Virus record (IMG/VR): IMGVR_UViG_3300025168_000599
Span: 1 to 25,480 of that record
Length of the DNA stretch: 25,480 nucleotides
Strand: one strand, 5' to 3'
From: a virus
Lineage: Duplodnaviria > Caudoviricetes
Shown here: positions 7,501 through 15,635 of the stretch, piece after piece
Layout: every line of letters begins with the position of its first letter
Numbering within the stretch: position 1 is the stretch's first letter
The notes under the pieces: model-generated
What the model was told of the DNA's origin: nothing
What the model saw: the letters and a program-made list of their open reading frames with translations, nothing else
Databases searched by the model: none
Position numbers and translations under genes: made by a program

Positions 7501-8981
7501 ATGCTTATAGTGCAGCAGAGTTTGATGCTTCAGCTAAAAATAAAGCATTTCTGCAAGACGCTATATCAAGATCTGCCCTTGAAGGTAAGTCAATGGATAT
7601 AAGACAGCAGACTGCTTTGTTTAATGCTGCCAGAATTGCTGAGGTCAATGATACAAATCTTACATATGAACAACAAGTTAATCTACAAAAAAGTACTGAA
7701 GCTCTTAATATTGAAATAGAAAATTTAAACAGTAGAGAAGCTACAGCTCTAGCTAACGCACAACTGAGAGCCGCACTTCAAGGTAAGGTTTTAGATAATA
7801 AACAACAAGTAGAGATACTTAATACTGAACGTTATGCTTCTGCAAATGATATTACCCTGACAAATAAACAACAAGCTTTTGTCCAAGAGTACGCTGCCCG
7901 TACTGCTATGGAAGGTAAAGTCATAGATAACAAACAACAAACAGAAATATTTAATGTTGCTAATGAATTGCAGGAACGTGGCATTACTCTTGAAACTGAG
8001 CAATCTACCTTAATTTATAACATGACTAATAATTTAACGGTAGAAACTACTAACCTTTCTAGTAGGGTACAGGCATCATTAGCTAATGCTCAGATTGAAG
8101 CTGCATTAGTGGGTCAAGAACTTAGTAACGCCCAACAAGAAGCAGTTATTAATTCTGAAAGAATTGCTGAGGTTGCTAATCTTAACTTTGCTAAAGAACA
8201 ATCAGAAGCAATGCAAGACTCTAAACTTGCACAAACAGCAAATCTTGCAAACTTAAGTAACGAGCAAGCATTAATTATGGCTGAAGCTGCTCAACTTTCT
8301 TCTTTAGAAACAACCGAATTAAATAATAGGCAACAAGCTGAAGTTCAAAATGCAAATAATTTTTTACAATTAGACTTAGCTAACCTTGAGAATGAACAAC
8401 AAATTGAGATATTCAAAGCTCAACAACAAGTAACTGCTTTGTTTACAGATGCTGCTGCAGAGAATGCTGCATTAAATTTTAATGCTGCGTCTGAAAATCA
8501 AACCAATCAATTCTTTGCTGACTTAGCATCTAATGCATCTAAGTTTAATTTAGAGCAACAAAACATAATTAAGTCCCTAGACTTAACTGAAGCAAATTCA
8601 AATCTAAAGTTTAATGCTTCTTTAAAAGCTGCAAGAGAACAGTATGAAACTTCTAATGCATTAATTATTGAACAGGCTAATAGTACATGGCGTCAAGAGA
8701 TTGCTACTATAGACACAGCAGAACAGAATGATGCTAATGCTACTGCAGTATCAATAGCTGTTGGTATTACCAGTGCTGTAATAGATCAGATTTGGCAAAA
8801 AGAACGTGATGATATGGACTATGCTTTTACAGCTAGTGAGAGTGGACTAGACAGGATTACACAGATATTGGTTGCAAAACTTCAAGGTCAAGCTGAACTG
8901 GATGCAATAAACCTTGCACAGGATTTAAAAGATGATGCTTCTCTTGGTCAGGCCCTTTTTGATTGGGCAACAGGAAGATAA
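4587..8981 (+). CDS. Large putative internal virion / DNA ejection protein with 22-aa repeats
   Basis: 1464-aa ORF with an acidic low-complexity N-half, a hydrophobic A/M/S-rich segment (PAWAASAMRATAALMASRGMGASSMAASAML) and a long Q/N/A/L-rich repeat region. It lies after the tail genes and before a virion lysozyme. Confidence 0.7.
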   Translation: MGMKKEHQELVDKYTLGNPRLKARIEARVANLMKSKGLYQGGVINANTGGSVGGGTDEESIYNPFGDDGSAQGAVDAQKEYDDYFNSLNLVDSGMLVDENSEQKVKDAFGVGNPLYLTPPVIGGNILDNLIDLRKNATTAKSNVTELSTINQTQKDLTDTRSAIQNFGEVKYPPAEGEEDTRTDEEIATFKSFQDLQKKETDLVGKLGVDAQNLATSGVPSGTEVSAAMASDPMSFVPEQTVVKLGDQSADDLESQTVDSGLAKSTDLNITKLITDSGVAGVSWNAAKKKFVTSEKEYTPAELASEAGLDLNKYYSETDAGTSKAIKSNAVEVPGGEPLTPEQYANIALNLSQGMDDLGNQIQEGAEYDPRFDADGDGVITVEDSAAILNGSFTVKPLPKDGVAKYKAVTTATSVDTKLAGLSAPIGPRKPKLDAEGNPVLDAEGNPVMESSFGPSKSITAAIGPRKPKLDAEGNPVLDAEGNPVMELTTAVAGLDAAKITAITTVAKTADMVLTEADKMKAAKLADVLPPIRQLNEKGEPVLDANGKPIMVPNYPKAIEVVTNKTFNIEAASFKTPTPEATAATDYDLDESKYATRTVDAQKELATAQGLGLSPEQSKEVVSNHTSDLEAAKGKVEDGETIDPEDTYSLSVPETSSITLPETPDPAIDKDFPDAKGAETDYQSNIEGAKGKVGEEELINADNIGVNKELVNSAVYTTAKIMEELNDNAVLRAPTLEQITLQESIQGVVKPSSTVRGQMNIIMQEFNDGTPAWAASAMRATAALMASRGMGASSMAASAMLQASLESALPIAERDARIFSEMDMSNLTDARAVALSNAAALQGLELQNLSNQNKAAIQNSTNAFSLQSDNLSNMNEVVLANFTVKAALQNKSLDLNAQVAITNASTYADMKELNLSNEQQSLLQQSAENLQIELSELNNDQQSAIASLQVKAAMMGQNLTNEQQMAVLEATNAYSAAEFDASAKNKAFLQDAISRSALEGKSMDIRQQTALFNAARIAEVNDTNLTYEQQVNLQKSTEALNIEIENLNSREATALANAQLRAALQGKVLDNKQQVEILNTERYASANDITLTNKQQAFVQEYAARTAMEGKVIDNKQQTEIFNVANELQERGITLETEQSTLIYNMTNNLTVETTNLSSRVQASLANAQIEAALVGQELSNAQQEAVINSERIAEVANLNFAKEQSEAMQDSKLAQTANLANLSNEQALIMAEAAQLSSLETTELNNRQQAEVQNANNFLQLDLANLENEQQIEIFKAQQQVTALFTDAAAENAALNFNAASENQTNQFFADLASNASKFNLEQQNIIKSLDLTEANSNLKFNASLKAAREQYETSNALIIEQANSTWRQEIATIDTAEQNDANATAVSIAVGITSAVIDQIWQKERDDMDYAFTASESGLDRITQILVAKLQGQAELDAINLAQDLKDDASLGQALFDWATGR
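5860..6047 (+). repeat. Exact 77-bp direct repeat (5860-5936 and 5971-6047), each copy containing a 24-bp tandem unit
   Basis: caataggtccaagaaaaccaaagcttgatgctgaaggtaatccagtattggatgctgaaggtaatccagttatggaa occurs twice, offset 111 bp (in frame). It encodes IGPRKPKLDAEGNPVLDAEGNPVME. Confidence 0.95.
7062..8447 (+). repeat. 21 tandem 22-residue protein repeats (NLxNEQQ-type)
   Basis: Manual register from NLTDARAVALSNAAALQGLELQ to NLENEQQIEIFKAQQQVTALFT shows no indel (1386 bp = 21 x 66). Confidence 0.85.
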
Positions 8982-9010
8982 AAATTTACAATAAAGTAAA
9001 GAGGTCGTAA

Positions 9011-9751
9011 ATGAGCTTATATAACAAGAAAGAAATTCTAAGAGCGAGAAAAAGATTAGGGCAAGTTGGTTTTCAAAATCAACGTGTTCTTGAATCCAAG
9101 GCTCTTATGGAAAGAAGTGTTGCTGTTAATATGGCAAGAGGCAAAAAACGTTTAGAATATATTAGGGCAGAAGCAGCCTATGAACCTGCTGAAAAAATAA
9201 AAGAATGGCAACAAGCTAACTACGAAGTAAGTAAATCTTTTAAGGATTCAGTAGCTAATGAGTATAAGGTTGCTAGTTCTACACAAGATGATATGTTAAA
9301 AGGTTTTTCAGTACCAACAGTTGATCCAGATTCTACATCAACATCTCTAGTAAATCTTGTTGCAGGTTTTGAAGGTTTTAGTGAGACTCCTTATGATGAT
9401 TATAAACAACAATCTATAGGTCATGGTAGTAAAGCTAGTGGCAAAGATCAAGTAGTTACTGAAGAACAAGCTAAAATAATGCTGTCAAAAGATTTAAGTT
9501 CTGCTAAAAAATCTGTTATAGATTTACAAGATAAGTACGGGTATAAATTTACAAAAAATCAAATAGACGCTCTAACAAGTTTTACTCAGAATTTAGGAAG
9601 AAGTAGGTTAAATCAGTTAATGGATGGTGGTAAAAGAAATAAACAAGAGATTGCTAAAATGATGTTAGAGTATAATAAAGCTGGTGGTAAAAAACTAGAC
9701 GGGCTTGTTGCTAGAAGGTTAGCAGAGCAAAAACTTTTTAAGGGTGAATAA
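9011..9751 (+). CDS. GH24 lysozyme-domain protein (probably virion-associated) with N-terminal extension
   Basis: FEGFSETPYDD...SIGHG, NQIDALTSFTQNLG and YNKAGGKKLDGLVARRLAEQKLF match the phage lysozyme (GH24) pattern. It has an N-terminal extension of about 110 aa and a GAGG RBS. Confidence 0.85.
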   Translation: MSLYNKKEILRARKRLGQVGFQNQRVLESKALMERSVAVNMARGKKRLEYIRAEAAYEPAEKIKEWQQANYEVSKSFKDSVANEYKVASSTQDDMLKGFSVPTVDPDSTSTSLVNLVAGFEGFSETPYDDYKQQSIGHGSKASGKDQVVTEEQAKIMLSKDLSSAKKSVIDLQDKYGYKFTKNQIDALTSFTQNLGRSRLNQLMDGGKRNKQEIAKMMLEYNKAGGKKLDGLVARRLAEQKLFKGE

Positions 9752-9752
9752 A

Positions 9753-10283
9753 ATGAGAATACTTAGTGGTCCTATTCCCGGCCAATCTTTAACTAAAAAA
9801 CCCGGTAATTATCCTTGGGATAAACCCAGTAAATTTAATAACGTAGATGAAATAATTGAACTTCACTTAGACGATCTTTCAGAGGAAGATTCAATAGACA
9901 ACCTATTGCTTATTCTTGAAAGGGGTTTACCTTTAAATGTTTTAGTTGAAACTTATTTAACCTCTAAAGTTTCAGAAGGTATGCATAGTATAGATGTTAG
10001 TATACTTGTTGCACCAGTGCTTCATGAGTTTCTTTATAACTTAGCAAAAGATTCGGGGATAGACTTTAAAGAATTTCCTGATGAAAAAGTTATAGGTACA
10101 AAAGAAAAAGCGTTGTCTCTTTTAAAAGCAGAATTAAAAAGTACACCTGAAGAAGAACAAGACTCTGGCTTTGAACTTTTAGAAGGTATGGCAACAACTT
10201 TAAAAGATCAAGTTGAAGAAAGCCCAGCTAAACAAGAAGAAGAAACAAAACCCTCAAAAGGTTTAATGAGTAGGAGTACTTAA
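9753..10283 (+). CDS. Conserved podovirus structural-module protein (putative internal virion protein)
   Basis: PIPGQSLT..PG.YPWDKP motif and an acidic tail ending KGLMSRST. ATG at 9753 follows the lysozyme stop; GTG at 9744 is an alternative start. Confidence 0.6.
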   Translation: MRILSGPIPGQSLTKKPGNYPWDKPSKFNNVDEIIELHLDDLSEEDSIDNLLLILERGLPLNVLVETYLTSKVSEGMHSIDVSILVAPVLHEFLYNLAKDSGIDFKEFPDEKVIGTKEKALSLLKAELKSTPEEEQDSGFELLEGMATTLKDQVEESPAKQEEETKPSKGLMSRST

Positions 10284-10284
10284 G

Positions 10285-11157
10285 ATGGGATTTAAAGCTG
10301 TCCTCGGAGGCGCTGCAAGACGTTACAGTGAAAATTTAGATGAAAAAAGAGCTTTTATGCAAGACAGAGTTTCAAAGAATAGAGAGTATCTTTTAACTGC
10401 TGGCTTATCTAAATTTGAAGAAATTAAAAATTTGAAAGACTCTAGTAAGGCTCGCATTGCTGAAGGAATAAAGTTAGGGTTTACTCAACAAGCAGCACGA
10501 GCGCTTGAGTTTCAAGGTGGTTTAGAAACTCAAATAATTAAACTTAAAAAAATTGCTGAATCCAAAGGTGGTGCTGTAAATAGAGAGGCACTTGAAAATG
10601 TAAGTGAACTTATTTGGAACTCTATTCCAGATGAAGAAGGCAGAGAAAAAATATTAAATTATTTTACTGACAATGGTGTGCCTAGTAATGTAGATGATCT
10701 TCAAGATCAATTTATTAGAGCCATTACAAATGCTCAAAGAGATGATGCAGACTTTTTATCTGCAAGAGAAATACTAAGTCGTGCAAGGGAAAGAGGAAGA
10801 CCAGATGTAACTGTAACTGTTCCGCCTGTGCAAAACTATCAAGCCCTTACAGGTGATTTTGGTCTTCAAACAGAATCAAAATTGCAAAGAAATATTGCGG
10901 CTAGGTTATCAGGCATTGCAGGTGCAACTTTTTCTTTTAAATCTGAGAATGACCCGCAGCCTCAGATAGTGGGTGAAAATGCACAACAAGTTAGGATAGC
11001 AATTGATAATTTAATAAGGGGTTATAAAAATTCTTATAATAGAAATGAAAACGCTTTAAATTTTCTAGACACTGAAATTTTAAGACTTAAAGAATTTTTA
11101 CTTTCTGGACAACCTACATCAGATGTATGGACCGCATGGAATAAGGCAAACCCATAA
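10285..11157 (+). CDS. Putative internal virion protein
   Basis: 290-aa helical ORF with AGGAG RBS and an MGFKAVLGGAA N-terminus, located in the ejection-protein cluster. Confidence 0.55.
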   Translation: MGFKAVLGGAARRYSENLDEKRAFMQDRVSKNREYLLTAGLSKFEEIKNLKDSSKARIAEGIKLGFTQQAARALEFQGGLETQIIKLKKIAESKGGAVNREALENVSELIWNSIPDEEGREKILNYFTDNGVPSNVDDLQDQFIRAITNAQRDDADFLSAREILSRARERGRPDVTVTVPPVQNYQALTGDFGLQTESKLQRNIAARLSGIAGATFSFKSENDPQPQIVGENAQQVRIAIDNLIRGYKNSYNRNENALNFLDTEILRLKEFLLSGQPTSDVWTAWNKANP

Positions 11158-14100
11158 TGGAAGAAATAACTACTAGCAAAATTAAAGATTTAGATTATTA
11201 TATAACCCCTGCTGATAAATTTAAAGATTTAACAGAAGATGAAGATTTTCAATCAGACTTAAAGTCTTTCTTTCAGGGTGGAAGATACAATCTGTCTGAT
11301 GCTGAAATAGCTGAAGCAGGTAGAGAAGGTATGCGAGATAAATTTATTGAGCATATGAGGTTTCAATCTTGGAATGATTTTACAGCAGTAAAAGATTTAA
11401 ATTATGTTAAGAATCCCAAGTATAATCCTGATGGTAAAGAATCTTTTGGTAGACTTATTCAAGCTTGGGATACCTCTGAAGAAGCAGGTACAGGTATTCT
11501 TTCTGGCTTAGGTGATTTTACTGAGTCGTTAATTAAATCCCCCTCTACTTACCTTGGTTTTGGTAGTCTTGGTTTAGCGAAGGCAGGTGCAAAAGCAGCT
11601 ACTAAAGGCACACAACTTTTAGTAAGAAATAGAATTGCTGATTATTTTAAAAAGAAAGCTGTATTAAAAGGTGCATTAGGTGGTGCAGCTATTGAGTCTA
11701 GTATAGCTGGGGTTCAAAGTTATGGTGCTGGGAAAACTAGAGAAAATCTTATAGAAGGTTATGAGTATACCCCTAAAGATACAGCTATAGACATGGGTAT
11801 AGCAGGTACTCTAGGTCTTGTTACAGGTGGTGCTGGGGGATATTTATCAGGTAGAAAAACTAGAAATGTTGAAGAGCTTATAGCCAAACAACAAGCTACC
11901 AACAAAGCTAATCTTGAAGAAGTATCTAAAACAGCTAAAAAAACTTTTGAGTCGGTGGGTTCTCAAGAATTTAAATCAGCACTAGAAAGAACTTTAAAAA
12001 TTCAAAACATTATTGCTGCAAAAAGGGGAGAGAAAGTTACACTAGATCCCTTGGATGCAGACAAGGTTGCTATGGGTCAGGCAATACTTAAAGGTATACC
12101 TGAAGGTCAGGCAGTGCCTGAGTTTAGTTCTGGTTTAAGTATAGATACACTTCGTTCTATAACAGCGGCAACACTGGATATTTCTAAAGAACTTAATGTT
12201 CCAGAGGGAACAAGAATTACTGCAGCTATTGCTGAAAGAATAAGAAGTGAAGGTATTGATGGCGGCTCTACATTTAAAGTGCTTGATGATATTAAGTCTA
12301 AGTACGGTCTTACCTCTGATCAACTATCTCTAATATACTTAGCTGATCTTTCTGATGCGGGTAGAACTTTGGCAGAAGCTTCAATTGTTAAAAGAAGCAC
12401 ACAACAAGCAAGTAAAAAATCTTTGGATGACCTTGCATTTAAAAAAACAAATGTCCTTAATGATTTAAAAACATTAACCTCAGCCTCACTAAGCACTATT
12501 GATGATAAACGTGCTGCAGATATTGTGGAAGAAGCAATAAGTAATACCGTAGGCTCTGGTATTGACTTAGGAAAGGGTATCTATCGTAGTGTGCAAATAC
12601 TAGATCAAATGCGTATTGCATTTATGACTTCTCAGGTTGCTACAACTGCAAGAAATGTTACCTCAACAGGTTTGCTTGGTGTTGTAGAGGGTATGGACGA
12701 GTTTAACAGAGCTTTATTAGGTGCTATAACATTAAAAAGAAACGACCTAATTAATATTAAACCTAGAGAAACTGGTGAACTAGGTGTTAATATTCCTTTT
12801 ACTGATAAACGTCTTAGCTCAAACATGGTAAGTAATATGACTGCTACTCTAAGAGGCATGTCTTTAGACAGCGCCACTAGTGATGTGGTTAAAGGTATGA
12901 TGGAATTAGAAATGCCTGATGCTTATATGCGCACTTTTCATGACACCATGCGGATAGAGCTAGGCACTAAGAGTATGAATCCTCTAGCTAAAGCTGGTAG
13001 ATTTGTAAACATATTAAACACTGCTACTGATACTGTATTTAAACAGGGGGCATTTTTTAGTAGTATTGATAAACAATTACGCACTATAAATAACCCTGAA
13101 CTAGGTTTAAATGTAAAAGATTTTATTGTTAAGAACGGTAATCTTCAAAAACTAGATGGCTTTGTATTAGAGAAAGCTCTTGATGATGCTAAGAGATTTA
13201 CTATGCAGAGGGATTACTACAACGACACATCTTTGTTTGGTAAAGGTGCTAAACTTGCAATAAAAGCAAATGAAATAGCTCCTTTTGTAGTATCTAGTGC
13301 CATGGGTATTCCTTTTCCAAGGTACATTGCTAACCATATAGAAATGCAAGCAGACTATATGCCTTTTGTGGGTCCAATTATTGACGGATTAAACCGTATG
13401 GGTAGAAAAAAAGCTAAAGGAGAAATTACATTTTTTGGTGATGCATATAAATCAACTGAAGATAGGTATGTAAGGTCTGCTACAGGTGCGATGTTAATAG
13501 CAATGGGTTACGAGTTAGCTAAATCTAAAGAGGGTGAAGTAGATTACGCTTCTCTTGAGGATAAGATAGGTGCTGACGTAGATATAGGGAACTCTGTAGG
13601 TTTCTTACTAGCACCTATGTATATAGGTGATCTTATCTATCGTAAACAAATGGGGCTACCTGAAGGAGATAAGCTCTCAGACCTAGGCAGCGTTATGGGT
13701 GGTCTAAACGATATGGGATTTGATTTATCCATGTTTTCTGCAATAGCTAATAAAATGTCCGTTGAAATTAGTGGTGAAGGTAGTACACCTAAAATAGAAG
13801 AAGACATTGATAAAGAATTAGGAAGAGTTATTTCTGTTTTAGGTTATCCTCTTACTATTATTAGAGATACAGTGGGTCAATTTGACTACGATGCAGCAGG
13901 TAGTGCATATAACAGAGATTTAGGTTATACCCCTCAAGGAGTAGATGAAGATAATACTCCTATAAGGTTAGATATAGATGCATCTGAATCTGCTAACAAT
14001 ATTTTTATGACTGAAGCACTAAAAGCTATGCCAGATTTAAGGTCTGTACAAAGGTCACAATCTATTAATGGTGAAACAGATATAAAAATCTACAGTATTT

Positions 14101-14816
14101 TAAACCCTATGCCCATAGGTAAAATTAACCCGTTGAAAAGACAACTAACTGGTGTTGCTGCAGAACCTACTATGACTGAAATACAAAGAGAGTTTAATAA
14201 GTTTAAATTTGAAGAATATAAATATATATCAAGTAGAAGTATAGAGAACGCTGTGGTACACAGAAAGGTTACTGAAAGTCTTTCAGGAACTTTGAACGAA
14301 GGATTTTTAATGTGGAAAAAAGGTATTCGTCAAACAGGTAAAAACACACCACAAAAATTTCTTGGTCTTACTTACGATGAAGTATTAGAAAGAGCTGAAA
14401 AAAATCCAGAAGATTATCCTATGAAAGAAGCTTACAAAAGACAAGCAGAGATGCTTGATAGTTTTGTTAGACAATCAATAACTCAACAGTCTAAATTCTG
14501 GAATGATCTGTTTGATAAACTGCAACCTGTAGATAAAATAAATTATATTAAAAATGAATATCTTATTGATCTTAGTAAAGAAGGGGAAGATATTTATAAT
14601 GAGGCTGCTAATAAAATCGGAGAGGGTATCTATGAAACAAGTGGTGCGTACTTAGCTGATGCAGAAAATCCTACTGAAGTTGCATCTCGTCAAATGATAC
14701 TGATGCAAAAAGTAGAAGAACTATCTGGTAATAGAGTAGATACTGTGACAGGAAATGAAGCTGTTCGTTATGAACAAATCACAGGTAAACGACCTACAAT
14801 TTCTATTAACCCCTAG
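11157..14816 (+). CDS. Large putative internal virion protein (T7 gp15/gp16-like position)
   Basis: 1219-aa ORF and last gene of the structural arm. G/A-rich hydrophobic segments near the N-terminus (STYLGFGSLGLAKAGAKAA; MGIAGTLGLVTGGAGGYL). TAATG-coupled. Confidence 0.65.
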   Translation: MEEITTSKIKDLDYYITPADKFKDLTEDEDFQSDLKSFFQGGRYNLSDAEIAEAGREGMRDKFIEHMRFQSWNDFTAVKDLNYVKNPKYNPDGKESFGRLIQAWDTSEEAGTGILSGLGDFTESLIKSPSTYLGFGSLGLAKAGAKAATKGTQLLVRNRIADYFKKKAVLKGALGGAAIESSIAGVQSYGAGKTRENLIEGYEYTPKDTAIDMGIAGTLGLVTGGAGGYLSGRKTRNVEELIAKQQATNKANLEEVSKTAKKTFESVGSQEFKSALERTLKIQNIIAAKRGEKVTLDPLDADKVAMGQAILKGIPEGQAVPEFSSGLSIDTLRSITAATLDISKELNVPEGTRITAAIAERIRSEGIDGGSTFKVLDDIKSKYGLTSDQLSLIYLADLSDAGRTLAEASIVKRSTQQASKKSLDDLAFKKTNVLNDLKTLTSASLSTIDDKRAADIVEEAISNTVGSGIDLGKGIYRSVQILDQMRIAFMTSQVATTARNVTSTGLLGVVEGMDEFNRALLGAITLKRNDLINIKPRETGELGVNIPFTDKRLSSNMVSNMTATLRGMSLDSATSDVVKGMMELEMPDAYMRTFHDTMRIELGTKSMNPLAKAGRFVNILNTATDTVFKQGAFFSSIDKQLRTINNPELGLNVKDFIVKNGNLQKLDGFVLEKALDDAKRFTMQRDYYNDTSLFGKGAKLAIKANEIAPFVVSSAMGIPFPRYIANHIEMQADYMPFVGPIIDGLNRMGRKKAKGEITFFGDAYKSTEDRYVRSATGAMLIAMGYELAKSKEGEVDYASLEDKIGADVDIGNSVGFLLAPMYIGDLIYRKQMGLPEGDKLSDLGSVMGGLNDMGFDLSMFSAIANKMSVEISGEGSTPKIEEDIDKELGRVISVLGYPLTIIRDTVGQFDYDAAGSAYNRDLGYTPQGVDEDNTPIRLDIDASESANNIFMTEALKAMPDLRSVQRSQSINGETDIKIYSILNPMPIGKINPLKRQLTGVAAEPTMTEIQREFNKFKFEEYKYISSRSIENAVVHRKVTESLSGTLNEGFLMWKKGIRQTGKNTPQKFLGLTYDEVLERAEKNPEDYPMKEAYKRQAEMLDSFVRQSITQQSKFWNDLFDKLQPVDKINYIKNEYLIDLSKEGEDIYNEAANKIGEGIYETSGAYLADAENPTEVASRQMILMQKVEELSGNRVDTVTGNEAVRYEQITGKRPTISINP

Positions 14817-15013
14817 TTATCATCTAACATAAAGTCTGCCCATTCATATGCTGAACGCTTTACCTCGGACATATTTAAAGACCCCTTACTACCTGATAGT
14901 AATCCAGCAAGAGCTTGTCCTGCTAGATACCTTCGGGCAGTGAGGGGTTTTATCATGTCTGGATTACGCTTCTTGCGTGTGTACTTCTTAGCTTCCTGCT
15001 CTAGCTTGTTCAT
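14813..15013 (-). CDS. Small conserved phage protein
   Basis: R.YLAGQALAGLL...AYEWADFML resembles a widespread small phage family (RDYFAAQAMQG...AY..AD.ML). Confidence 0.6.
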   Translation of the reverse strand: MNKLEQEAKKYTRKKRNPDMIKPLTARRYLAGQALAGLLSGSKGSLNMSEVKRSAYEWADFMLDDN

Positions 15014-15155
15014 CCTGTTTTACTTTTTTTAAGTTCTTGAAATATTCAGTGTTAAAACCAAACTCCCAATCTTTGTTAGGGCGTGTGTCTTTCTTATAAG
15101 GGTTGCCTAACTTACCCTTAATGAAAGCTTCTCTGCCCTGATCGTATGGCTTCAC
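14988..15155 (-). CDS. 55-aa Rmf/CrpP-fold-like protein (not in the ORF track)
   Basis: Manual translation: MKPYDQGREAFIKGKLGNPYKKDTRPNKDWEFGFNTEYFKNLKKVKQDEQARAGS. The GTG start overlaps the upstream TGA (GTGA 15152-15155), and the ORF fills the otherwise empty gap at 15014-15151. Confidence 0.7.
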   Translation of the reverse strand: MKPYDQGREAFIKGKLGNPYKKDTRPNKDWEFGFNTEYFKNLKKVKQDEQARAGS

Positions 15156-15409
15156 TTATGAATCTCCCTCATAGTTTCTCTCATTCTTTGCATATACCAA
15201 TCAGCCTTATCCATATCTTCAACAGGTTTGTTCTTGTACCTGTGACGATGTTGATACTTGATCATATTACCGTGACAATATGCAATGAAACCTTCAACGC
15301 CTAACACCTGCTTGATATAGTCAATGCATTCTATCTCACCTATGTTATAATGTAAAGGCTTAGTTACAGGATTAAAAGATTTTTCTTCGGGGATAGTCCA
15401 CTTAGTCAA
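15152..15409 (-). CDS. DUF3310 family protein (T7 gp1.7 nucleotide-kinase-like)
   Basis: V.KP.HY..G.IECID.I...G...YC.GN.IKY..R...K...ED..KA.WY signature. Confidence 0.8.
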   Translation of the reverse strand: MTKWTIPEEKSFNPVTKPLHYNIGEIECIDYIKQVLGVEGFIAYCHGNMIKYQHRHRYKNKPVEDMDKADWYMQRMRETMREIHK

Positions 15410-15412
15410 TAC

Positions 15413-15634
15413 TTATACCCCTTTATCCACAGTAAAAGGAAAGGAAGTACATTTACTTATTGCCTTTGCATCTGGTGTTGGTCTTGAATTATATAACCTT
15501 AGCATATCAATCTCTCTCCATTGTTGGCAAGACTCTTCACTTATAAAGGCGGTGTTTGGAGAAAATACTATGAAAGTTTTCTCACTTGTTTTTGGTTCTA
15601 TCATCATCATTACTACTGTATAAACCCATATCAT
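15413..15634 (-). CDS. Hypothetical protein
   Basis: 73-aa ORF packed in the operon, with a hydrophobic N-terminus and an F.SEE.C...C pattern. Confidence 0.55.
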   Translation of the reverse strand: MIWVYTVVMMMIEPKTSEKTFIVFSPNTAFISEESCQQWREIDMLRLYNSRPTPDAKAISKCTSFPFTVDKGV

Positions 15635-15635
15635 A

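Noticed and set aside
14905-14925. Weak inverted repeat near the arm junction
   Set aside because: Imperfect stem with no flanking U/A tracts, so not a credible terminator.
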